A stretch of DNA of 63,690 nucleotides, filler included, from Welwitschia mirabilis (taxonomy: Eukaryota), in NCBI GenBank assembly GCA_051453625.1. It is 5 parts of one record of this genome, joined end to end, with 100 filler letters (N's around TTAATTAATTAA, not from the genome) between each part and the next. Parts side by side here need not be neighbours in the genome. Positions count along the whole stretch, not along the records: positions 30,433 to 44,344 come from JBOZIK010000001.1; positions 44,445 to 57,595 come from JBOZIK010000001.1; 3 more parts are not named here. The stretch is one strand, 5' to 3'. The translations under genes were made by a program, and so were the position numbers. Under the pieces are notes generated by a model. The model saw only the letters and a program-made list of their open reading frames with translations, did not search any database and had not been told where the DNA came from. The stretch's first letter is position 1; each line of letters starts with the position of its first letter. Below are positions 39,901-51,650 of the stretch, one piece after another.

Positions 39901-42182
39901 GTGGAAATGAAAGCCTTCATGTAATCCTACTTTCTTCAAAGAGATTAATTCTCTAAACACATGAAATACAACTCCAACTATAATAAGTACTATCATAATT
40001 TAAAAAAATAATATCAAATTCTTCATAGTAGAAGAAAAAGACAAACGATTATTGCTATATATCTTTAACATCTAAAGACAAATCTTGAAATATATTAACT
40101 AGTAAATCTTATGTTACGTCATGTAGTGCAATGCTTTCAACTCATTAATGATGATTTTAAAACTTCATGAGATAGAGTCTCATGAAGGATCCACTAGTTG
40201 AAAGACTATAGACCCCTAGAATGAGTAAGATGAAAACCCTCTTTAAAATTTCAATCCTAATGCTTGTAAAGGGTAAAAGACATCATCATAATGTGAGTGA
40301 TGAGTAGCCTACTAGATGATAAGATCTTTCAACTATTTAACTTGATTAATTAGAACTAACAAATCTTAAATATTTGATACCAAGTTAGTCATAGTGTCAG
40401 GAAGAGTTATATCAATGCTTAGAGTAGATGAAGTAATCAATGTAGGTGATGCTAAAGGGGAGAATAGGAAGATGCAAATACAATAGAGGTCTATGCTCTA
40501 ATGAGTGAAAAAAGTCTCTTACATCCAAAGAGAGTATGACAAAAAAAATTAAAACCTATTTAAATGAATCAACATCGATCACCCCACCAAGATGATCCTA
40601 TTTCAACTCAAACATTAAAGGAATTCATAATCCTATTAATGAAAGAAAATTCAATAATATTACTTAATTTAGCATAAGAATAAATACTCTTGTATTCATC
40701 CATTCTTAACTTTCCTTTCTTCTTATTATAACAAATTCTAAGAATGAATCTTATCACCTATTAGAATCGGCATCGACTAGGAGAAGAAAACACAAGTTGA
40801 TGAATTGATAGACATTTGGGATGATAAGAAATTACCAAAGAAGAATATTTCCCTTTTTTTTCCATATCATTAAAGGTATAAATAGGAGCAAGAATAAGTA
40901 GTAGGAGAGCCTTATCCATTTACTTATAATAAGAGTCTTTAAGGAAGTCTCTTCATGAACATCCATTTGTAGCATTACAAAGAAAAGAATATTGAGCAAG
41001 TAATAGTCAGTCACCATATAAAAGAAAGAAGAACCATTTTTTTAACCAAAAAAATCCCAATTATTGAAGAATAACAAAAGCCACTTTCCTAATTAAAAGA
41101 GAGATAAGATCCATAAGGATCAATTCTAAGAAAGGATTCTAAGACATGACAATGTGAGAAGAAGGATCAATTTGCTTGATGTTCTCAAAGTAATTCCCCC
41201 TCTGAAAAGTAAAATAAAGAGAAATAAGAATGTTTTCATAAGTTAAAAATCTAAATTTTAAGTTCTTCTTCATTCTAGTTAATTATGAAATTACTTTTAA
41301 GTGAATTTTATGACTCCAATCGAAGGAATCTTAAAATCTTGAGTTATAGATAAAAGATAAATAGTATATTATGAAAGTTATAAGGCATAAGAATGAATAA
41401 AACCCTAACCGCTATAAGAAGTCCTAAAGTAGCATGATAATAAATTGAAACTGCATTTATAGAGACATCTCCATAACCCTAACAATGGAGTTGGTGATTA
41501 ATGCAATCAACGAATATAGTCTGAAAGAAATTTAGTGCTTATATCTAATAACTCAAAAATTACAAAGGTTTAAAAAGGTCATCTAAAAGGACAAAAGTGT
41601 GCTTTATCATTTGAGGAATTATGGAAATTAAACCATACTCAGGATACTCAAAGATATAAATAACATGATCATATAAAGCATAGATAGAATCTAAGATAAG
41701 TAGAAACTTAAATGAATGAAGATTGAAATGCTAAAAGAAGATGAAAACAGAAATATTAAAACTAAGTATCCATTCAAATTTAGACTTAGTTAATAGATTA
41801 CATACTTCTTCATTTGAAAATCTAAGGTTATTTTTTAAGCATCTAATATAAGAAAGAATCTTTGAAGCCATACCATGGATAGAGTTAAAATAAACTTGGG
41901 TAGAAATATAGAAAAAAGAATGAAAAAGGTAAAGCCAATAAATTAATATAAGTAAAAGAATAGATGTGTAAATAAAATGAAAAAGGATAAAGACAAAATA
42001 AGTGAAATGATTACCTCCTTACAGTAGGATGAAAAGTGAAAAATGTGGGTAATAATGGACTACTAACCTCTATTTATAGGAGGGGACAAGAATCTTTTGT
42101 ACTTACTAACATGACATCAAAAGTACGAGTGATCTGATAGTTGACTAGATATTAATCAGATCAACGATGTGATTAAAAAGAG

Positions 42183-43711
42183 TGTTGTGAAGCCAAATTG
42201 TATGTTTTTGATGGGGTATTTAGAATAGTTTTAGAAACATTTAGATAGTTTTAATTGAATTTCAATAATTATTAAGAGTCAATGAGAAAATCATGAAAAT
42301 GCACAATCACTAGCACATTTGGAGGTATTTTGGATGTTATCTGATACTTTACATTTTGTGGAGGCGTTAATGATCTACAAAGCCAATTTGACTTGAATAA
42401 GAAGCTTTAGAAGATTTTTGTTCCCTTTATTAACTAAACAACAATATATACAACAACACTTATATGCTGATCAGGATGCTGACTATACTAAAGATAAAAA
42501 CTAATGTGAGATCTCCCTTGATGTAACATCATTCTTGCCATCGTTCAGATGATAGTTAAGATAATATCTAACTTTAGTTCATGCATTAAAATTCAAGTAA
42601 CTTTTGTAATGTATTATGCACTTCCTATNNNNNNNNNNAGAATTTCTTTTACATTTATTAGATTTATTGCTTTTAAAGTATTTTGTTTTACTAAATGCCT
42701 TCTTCATCTTTCCTTCAACTTTTATCTTCCTTGACACCTAAAAGTCTCATGACAAGAGATTGAAGGGAAAGAGGTCTATCCATTATTCCAAAGAAGGATG
42801 TTCCTTAGTGTTGAGCTATGTCTTCTTCATTAAGGTGTTATTACTTTATAAAAGGATGTTGGTTTAAAAATAATAAAATGTTTATTTTCCTTTATTTATG
42901 TGCATCTCCCTGATGGTTTATGTTGGTTATGATTCAGTGATAGCTTCATAATTCATATAGATCATCAAGAATAACCTTTATTAAGATTAAAATCATTAGT
43001 TTAGTATTTGCATTACATCTTATTTTGCATTTCATATTTTAATCATTGAATGTTTTCTATATTCTTTTTGATGTACTTAATAGCTTAAATTGATTAGGGT
43101 TACCAATAGTTTTCTTAATTTATCTAGGTTATACAAGTCTGATCTTTATGATAGGAAGATTTAATAGTCAGATAGATATTTTATTTAGAATAGTTACGTT
43201 TTCATTTCATTACATTAGTGTGTTTACTTTGCATTGTTTTGATACATTATTCTTTCTTTTTATTTGAACCTAAATGGAAAATACCAAAAAATACTTTGTT
43301 AAAATTAATTCTCTAACTTTGAAACTAGTGCCTCCAATGGATTATTACATTTAGATTAACTCCTATCTATACTAATATGTGTGTTGTACCAATATTTGTG
43401 GTTGATAGGATTTGCTTATGGACATTGCATAAAACACACTACAACATTTTGGCACTATTACTAGNNNNNNNNNNNNNNNNNNNNNNNNNNNNNNNNNNNN
43501 NNNNNNNNNNNNNNNNNNNNNNNNNNNNNNNNNNNNNNNNNNNNNNNNNNNNNNNNNNNNNNNNTAAAATTAATTCTCTAACTTTGAATCTAGTGCCTTC
43601 GATGGATTATTACATTTGGATTAACTCCTGTCTATACTAATATGTGTGTAGTACCAATATTTGTGATTAATAGGATTTGCTTATGGACATTGCATAAAAC
43701 ACACTACAACA
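42183..43711 (+). repeat. Athila-type 5' LTR (true end 43446, end re-duplicated across a gap to 43711)
   Basis: TGTTGTGAAGCCAA...ACACACTACAACA, followed by PBS TTTTGGCACTTTTACTAGGAAGG (43712-43734). Confidence 0.85.
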
Positions 43712-44315
43712 TTTTGGCACTTTTACTAGGAAGGGCTACAAGGAATTCGAGGATTATTATTACCTAGGTAAGTGTGTTAAATTTTAGTTTAGTTTTTTTT
43801 TTAATGAGAGCATTGTATTTTTACTGTATATACTATAGTTTTTTATTTTTGAAATTTTTGATTTCTATTCTATAAATAATGCATTATTGTCTTATTTATT
43901 ATCTAGATATCATAGGCCGATGATAGATTTCCATAGTTTTATTTTTGTTTTCTACCACATAGTAAGTTGATATCATCTCCTCTATCATCCAAATGACTCA
44001 GAAAGATGACTATCAGGTTTTTTTCTCTCTCTATTTTTCCACAAGTTTTTTTTTCCCTTTTTTTTTGCTTTTTTGTTTTTTAGCTTTTTGTATAAGTAAT
44101 GTCAAGGAATATCATCTAGACAACTAGGAAGATGAAATTTGAAAAAACATTTTTGAGCATATAGAAAGATGGTACACTCGAGTAAAAAGACAATATATCA
44201 AAGGAAGTAAAGCTTGATCAAGGAAAATATCAGAGAAGACTTGGTTGACCTTGAGCAAACCCTATGTACACGTACCCCATACATAGAAAGACTTCTAATA
44301 ATTACATAAAATGAT

Positions 44316-45472
44316 TGTTGCGACACCAACTTAGATGTATTTGANNNNNNNNNNNNNNNNNNNNNNNNNNNNNNNNNNNNNNNNNNNNTTAATTAATTAA
44401 NNNNNNNNNNNNNNNNNNNNNNNNNNNNNNNNNNNNNNNNNNNNCATAGAAGGAGTTGTTTTCTAGAATTTTATAACTAATGCAAAATCTATTCTCTATC
44501 ACAGGTTCTAGAATTTGAAAATATTTTGAGGAGCCTGTCGTCTCCATTATCGTCCACACGACAGACTGGATAATAAACATACATCTGATACTTACCAAGT
44601 ATTTTATTCAGTTTTTAAAATTTTTAGAAATTCAGTTTTTAAAATTTTTGTCAGATGTTTCCTTTACATATCCTAGTTTTTATTGTTTAAAAAATTGGCT
44701 TGAAAACACAGTTTACCATCTGGTTTTGTGAGGGATTGACAAGGCTAAGTGAGGGGCTATGTTACAACATCAACTTAGATGTATTTGATAGGGTATTTTA
44801 AGTTGTTTTGCATATAAACTAACNNNNNNNNNNNNNNNNNNNNNNNNNNNNNNNNNNNNNNNNNNNNNNNNNNNNNNNNNNNNNNNNNNNNNNNNNNNNN
44901 NNNNNNNNNNNNNNNNNNNNNNNTATTCAGTTTTAAAATTTTTAGAAATTCAGTTTTTAAAATTTTTGTCAGATGTTTCATTTACATATCCTAGTTTTTA
45001 TTATTTAAAAAATTGGCTTGGAAACATAGTTTACCACCTGGTTTTGTGAGGGACTGACAAGGCTAAGTGAGGGGCTATGTTACAACGCCAACTTAGATGT
45101 ATTTGATAGGGTATTTTAAGTTGTGTTACAGATAAACTAACAGATAAATGCCTAATTCCTATGACAATCGAGAATCTAGGAGCATAAGNNNNNNNNNNTG
45201 CAGTTTATCAGATAATTCATAAGGATTTTATATAAATATGAATAATTGTATTTTCAGATGATTATCCCTATAAACAATAAGATATCACACTAACAAAGGA
45301 TGAATAGAAAACTATCATCCCCTATGTCATCTAGATGATAGTCAGGATGACAACCCTAATAGGACATATGATAGACTTATTTTCAGATGACTTGCAGTTG
45401 AAGTGAAGATCTTATTATCAGACTCCATTATTTACCTCATCGTCCAGACGACACTAGTGGATGACATCTCTA
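44316..45472 (+). mobile_element. Nested Athila-type element, mostly unassembled: 5' LTR start, 3' UTR end, PPT, 3' LTR start
   Basis: TGTTGCGACACCAACTTAGATGTATTTGA at 44316 matches TGTTACAACGCCAACTTAGATGTATTTGA at 45078 (duplicate at 44760). Both later copies are preceded by PPT AAGTGAGGGGCTA. Confidence 0.7.
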
Positions 45473-46333
45473 NNNNNNNNNNNNNNNNNNNNNNNNNNNN
45501 NNNNNNNNNNNNNNNNNNNNNNNNNNNNNNNNNNNNNNNNNNNNNNNNNNNNNNNNNNNNNNNNNNNNNNNNNNNNNNNNNNNNNNNNNNNNNNNNNNNN
45601 NNNNNNNNNNNNNNNNNNNNNNNNNNNNNNNNNNNNNNNNNNNNNNNNNNNNNNNNNNNNNNNNNNNNNNNNNNNNNNNNNNNNNNNNNNNNNNNNNNNN
45701 NNNNNNNNNNNNNNNNNNNNNNNNNNNNNNNNNNNNNNNNNNNNNNNNNNNNNNNNNNNNNNNNNNNNNNNNNNNNNNNNNNNNNNNNNNNNNNNNNNNN
45801 NNNNNNNNNNNNNNNNNNNNNNNNNNNNNNNNNNNNNNNNNNNNNNNNNNNNNNNNNNNNNNNNNNNNNNNNNNNNNNNNNNNNNNNNNNNNNNNNNNNN
45901 NNNNNNNNNNNNNNNNNNNNNNNNNNNNNNNNNNNNNNNNNNNNNNNNNNNNNNNNNNNNNNNNNNNNNNNNNNNNNNNNNNNNNNNNNNNNNNNNNNNN
46001 NNNNNNNNNNNNNNNNNNNNNNNNNNNNNNNNNNNNNNNNNNNNNNNNNNNNNNNNNNNNNNNNNNNNNNNNNNNNNNNNNNNNNNNNNNNNNNNNNNNN
46101 NNNNNNNNNNNNNNNNNNNNNNNNNNNNNNNNNNNNNNNNNNNNNNNNNNNNNNNNNNNNNNNNNNNNNNNNNNNNNNNNNNNNNNNNNNNNNNNNNNNN
46201 NNNNNNNNNNNNNNNNNNNNNNNNNNNNNNNNNNNNNNNNNNNNNNNNNNNNNNNNNNNNNNNNNNNNNNNNNNNNNNNNNNNNNNNNNNNNNNNNNNNN
46301 NNNNNNNNNNNNNNNNNNNNNNNNNNNNNNNNN

Positions 46334-47347
46334 ATAATGATAGGAACTTCTAATGAAAATATAAATGTTACACTAAAAGATCTACTGGCTAATAAAAAAA
46401 GTGAAATCTAGAACCCTTTTTACTTTTCTTTTAGTGATGATATTGAACTAAGAAACTTAAATGCCTATCCAGCATTTTTAAGAGAACCTAATAAAGATCC
46501 TTTCTAACATCTTGTTGATTTAGAATAACTTGTGATTACTTCAAGAAATGGAAAATAATGAATTAGTAATAGAACTTACATAATAATATTTCTTTATCAT
46601 ACTTAGAGAAAGAGAAAAACTGTGGCTTAAAACCATTCCTTATAAAAGTGTTAAAACTTGGAGTCAAGTACAAGAAGCCTTTACTAAAAGATTAATCAAT
46701 AAGATTACAATAAGAAAAATAAGAGAAAAAAGTCACAAACTTTCAACAACAACCTAATGAGGATTATGTTACAACATATGAATAATTTATTATAGCTACT
46801 CATTCTATTCCTATTGATGAATTTTCTAAAGCATAATTAATAAGTTATTTTTATAATGAATTGAATAGTGAAACTAAATAACTTGTATACCTTTTTATGA
46901 TAGCAACTTGATGAACTTAGCTTTAGATAATTCATGAAAGTTATTATAAATCTAGTTGAAACAAGTTAATCTCTATCTAAATCAACTTTTAAAGAAAATT
47001 GAACTATAGGTTAAATTATAAAGGACTTAAAAAAGTAGAATAAAATAAGGAGGAAGAAAAAAATAATCCAATTAAAATGTGATTAAGGATTTTACTTCTA
47101 CCTTCGAGAAATACACTCAAATGTTAATTGATGCAAAGGTTAAAAATGAGAAATATATAATTTCAACATTTGATATATGTGAAGATAACTCTCATCTAAT
47201 AAAACAAGATCCCTTATTATCTACATGTAAAGAAAAAAATGTTCAGAGACATATGTGCATTTAACCAAAGGCCTTTTACTTTCAAAACTAGATATAATAT
47301 CAACTTTGAATGAATGGACAGTCAAATTAAAAACTTTTTAAGAGTAA
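46334..47347 (+). pseudogene. gag: gag remnant
   Basis: DDIELRNLNAYPAFLREPNKDPF*HLVDLE*L...KLWLKTIPYKSVKTWSQVQEAF...FQQQPNEDY. Homologous to 29740-30330 and 49540-50400. Confidence 0.85.
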
Positions 47348-47447
47348 NNNNNNNNNNNNNNNNNNNNNNNNNNNNNNNNNNNNNNNNNNNNNNNNNNNNN
47401 NNNNNNNNNNNNNNNNNNNNNNNNNNNNNNNNNNNNNNNNNNNNNNN

Positions 47448-47547
47448 ATCACTCCGTCTATACTAGTGTGTTGTATTTTGCATCTTATTTATAATTAACA
47501 GGATTGAAATTGAAGTGTGAAACATTGCACGAATACACATTGCAACA
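47448..47547 (+). repeat. 3' end of an Athila-type LTR abutting the next LTR start
   Basis: ...ATACACATTGCAACA|TGTTACAATGCC. Same family as 1-77 and 11094-11188. Confidence 0.8.
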
Positions 47548-48755
47548 TGTTACAATGCCAAATTGTATGTATTTAATAGGGTATTTTAAGAAGTTTTATA
47601 GAACATTAGGCAGGCTTAAGTAAAGTTTTGATAATAATGGAGGCCTAATGCGATTATCACAAAATATATAATCTTTATTAAATTTGATAGCATTTAAAAA
47701 ACTATCAATACTTTTCATCTAAAGAAGAAATCATATGATTAAAGATGCTAATATAACACAATAAATTGTTTTAAGAGCCCATTGTCCACTCCATTATCTG
47801 AATGACTATATGGATGATACAAGTAAGCAACCTAACTAGAATGCTAACTGGACCAAACTGAAAGTTGATGTGGACCTTTTCTAATGTGTAATCATCTTCT
47901 ATATCTTCTAAATAACTAGTAGGACAACACCTAAAAATAATAAATTCATCAAACTCTACCTAAAATCTACAAAGTATCACGTACCTCCTACATGTCATTA
48001 GGGTTTCATTGCATTTGGCAGGGTTTTTTATTTTTAAAATTTTATTTGTAATAAATTCCTTCTCTACCCTCAACTCTAACTTTATCTTCTTTAGAACTCA
48101 AAATTATCATGATAAGAAATTGAAGGGGAGGAGATCCATCCATTATTGCTAAGAGAAGTCTTCCTTAGTGTTGGGCTATGTTTCCTTTATTAAGGTGATA
48201 CTACTTTGTAATATGAATGTTGGTTTTTTTTAATGAAAACTTTTTCTTCCTTATATATTATCTTATGTGAATCGTCTTATGGTTTATATTAATTATGATT
48301 TAGTAACAACTTCATATTTGATATAGATCATGAGGGAACCTTTGTTAAGGTTAAAACTATTAGAGTAGTTACATTGCATTGCATTTTCTAGTTTTAGCAT
48401 AATATTGAATGTTTTTCATATTTTGTTTAATGTGCTTAATAGCTTAGGTTGATTAGGGTTCAGTGAGAGTTTTCCTTAATTATTCTAAGTTATACAAGGC
48501 CAATCTCTATGCTAAATTAGTAGTCAAATAGATATTTCATTTAAAGTAGTTTTTGCATTTCATTACACAATGTGTTTACTTTGCATTATTTCTTATATGG
48601 TTGTTTATTTTTATTTACTTAAATAGAAATATAAAGATATTTAATTGAGAATCAATTCTCTTTCTTCTTGCCTATGCCTTCAATGGATTACAACATTTAT
48701 CCTTGACAAGATTTGATAAAGGATGTAAATAATTACATAAATATGAACTATAACA
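47548..48755 (+). repeat. Athila-type 5' LTR (1208 bp)
   Basis: TGTTACAATGCCAA...GAACTATAACA, followed by the PBS. Homologous to 42183-43446. Confidence 0.85.
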
Positions 48756-49499
48756 TCTTGGTGCCATTACTGAGAAAGGCTATAAGGAGTTTGAGGATTA
48801 TCTTTTTTTGGATAGGTAGTTTTAGATTTTAGTTTAAGTTATTTATCTATAGTAACACTATATATTTATAGTAGAACTATAGGTTTTTCATTCCTCAGTT
48901 TTTTATTTTTGTTCTGAAAATAACACCTTATCATTCCTCTAATCATCTAGATAATGTGTAGAAGATGATAACTCATAAAACTATGGTTTTCTATTTTTCA
49001 TAATAAATAAGGTTCCCTATCATCTCTTCTATCATCCAAATGATAAGATTGGATGACTATTATTTCTTTTTTTTCTATTTTTCTACAAATCTATTTTTCA
49101 ATGTTTTTGGTTTTTAGGTTTTTTGTATGAGTTATTGTTCTAATATATCATCTAGATGACCAGAGAGATAAAACTTACAGAGATAATCCTAAACATGCAA
49201 GGACATGGTAAATTTAGGTAAAAAGATAAAGTATCACAGAAATATTAGAGAAGACTTAGTTTATTATGAATTAAATCTAGGTATTTAAGAAATTCCAAGA
49301 ATTGTATAAGAATATTTTTTTTGCATGTACTATTTTAAAATCTAATTTTTTAAAAGAAAATTTTACAAAATAACTTGAAGTAAAAAGTTTTATTTAGTGT
49401 TGAATTCTATGAAAAAACAAAAATAAATGTATTCTTCCAGTATCCCTATTATTTTAGAAACCTCTACAAATGTAAATACAAATTTCAATATCACACATA

Positions 49500-51650
49500 A
49501 AAATTAATTGCATATAAAAAGCATGAAATTTAAAATACTTTTGACTTACCTCCTAGTAATGATGTTAAGTTATGAAATTTAAGTGCATATCTTATCTTCA
49601 CTGGAGAACATGATGAGGATCCACTTCAATATTTAGTCAACATAGAGCAACTTATACTTACTTCAGGAAATTGTAAAAAAACATATTAGTGATTGTACTT
49701 ACATTATAATCTTCCCTCTCACACTTAAAGGAGAGAAGTAAAATTATGGCTTAAAACTATTCCATACAAAAGTCTAAAAATATGAAGCCAAGTTCAAAAA
49801 GCCTTTATCAAAATATTTGTAAGTAAAAGTACAATAAGAAAAGAAAAAATAAGTAACAAACTTTAAACAGCAACCTAATGAGGAGTATGGCATTGCATAT
49901 GAATAATTCGTTATAGTAATACATTCTCATCCTATTGACGTATTTTCTCAAGAAGAATTAATAGATTATTTCCATAGTGAATGAAATAGTCAAACTAAAT
50001 AACTTGTAGACTTTTCTTGTGATTGTAACTTAATGAACCTAATATTAGATAAAGCATAGAAGTTGTTAAAAGAATTAGTGGAAATAAGTCAAACTTAGTT
50101 TAAATCAACATCTAAAGAAAATTATACTATAGGCTAGATTATAAAAGATCTTAAAAAAGTAAAACAATAAAAGGAGGAATATAATAAGAAGGAAAAAATG
50201 TAATCAAGTATTTCACAAATACTTTAGAAAAATATAAATAAATGATACTTGATGCAAAAGTAGCAATTAAAACGCATGTGATTCCAACTTGTGTGTTATG
50301 TGAAGATAATTATTAGATAACAAAAAAGGTCTTTTATTACTAATATACAAAGAGAAATTTATGAAGAAGTATGTGCATTTAATTAAAACTCTTAAAACTT
50401 TAGAATTTAAAATTAAAATCAAAATCAATATTAATTAAAAAAATGAATGAACAACTAAACTTTCAACCCTTTAAGAATAAATTTAAAAGCTTAAACTTTC
50501 AAATAACTCATCTAAATTTCTAATCATTTGAAAATAAATTTAAAAAGGTAAATTTTGAATCAAATAATTCAAAATTCCAACCAATTAGCTTAATGTTTCA
50601 TGAAAGTACATTAAACTTTGAAAAAAATCAAAATTATCCATGAGATATTTAATAAATAAGCTAAGAAAATCAAAAAAAACAACTAACACAAATATTCAAT
50701 ATCTAATAAATGTTATTCAATAAATAATGTTAACAAATTAAAGACCATAAGAATCAACTCAACCTTTATTATACCTAAATGAAATTAAAAGATATGAAAA
50801 AGTCATTACTAGAAGTGAAATTGATACAATATCACCTATCCAGGAGACTTAAACTTTCAAAAATGATAAATAAGGTGAGGAAGAGAATGATATAGAAATG
50901 TTAGAAACACATAATTTTCCTTCAACTTTGGATGAGCCTTCATTAAAAAACAAAAGGAAAATCAAGATCCTCCTTGGCTTGGTAGATTAAATACAAATCC
51001 TATTTTTGGTGAATATTTAAAAGCCTTAATACAAGATGTTAATATCAACTTACCTTTTTGTAAACTCTTGTAAGAAAATCCTAAGTATGCTAAGTTGTGA
51101 AAAGATGTAGTTAGAAGAAAACAAAAATATACTATCCCCGGTAAAATCTTCCTTATATAATCTATCTCCAACTTAATCATAGAAGAGGCTCCTAAATTTA
51201 AAGATCCAAGGCTAGCAATGATAAGTGTTAATTTAAAAGAAAATAGAGAAATCATAAAATAATAGATATAGGAAAAAGTATAAATATCATGCCTCTTCAC
51301 ATATGTAAAATACTTGGGTCAAAAGAAAGAATTAAACCGACACAAATCACCTTAAAATTAGGCAATAATTCAACCAAGAAACTCATGGGAAGGATTAAAA
51401 AATTAGTCATTAAAATAGAAGAAGCTTCTATTCCATAGATGTGGTTATAATTGAAGTATAATATAATGGAAGTTATCCCTAATTTGAAGAAGATCCTTTT
51501 GTACAACTACTCATTGCATCATAGACACACGAAGTATATTGATGGCATGTCACATAGGTAACAAGAAATACACTATTAGAGTTTTTAATGTTACTGAGAA
51601 AGATATGGGAGATGAAGATAACTTAGGAAAAAGACATAAATCAACTTTAT
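49500..51650 (+). pseudogene. gag: gag-protease remnant
   Basis: FDLPPSNDVKL*NLSAYLIFTGEHDEDPLQYLVNIEQL; IIFPLTLKG; PKFKDPRLAMISVNL...IDIGKSINIMPLHICKILG. Many stops. Confidence 0.85.

Larger units (their letters stand above)
42183..47347 (+). mobile_element. Athila-type element 5' portion (LTR, PBS, leader, gag) with a nested element in its leader
   Basis: The leader 43735-44315 matches 48780-49310. It is interrupted at 44316 by a new LTR start, and gag appears at 46334. Continuity across the gaps is inferred. Confidence 0.6.

Noticed and set aside
50962..51506. Hydrophobic minus-strand ORFs (112 and 69 aa) as membrane or env-like proteins
   Set aside because: They are antisense shadows of the A-rich + strand gag-protease remnant.
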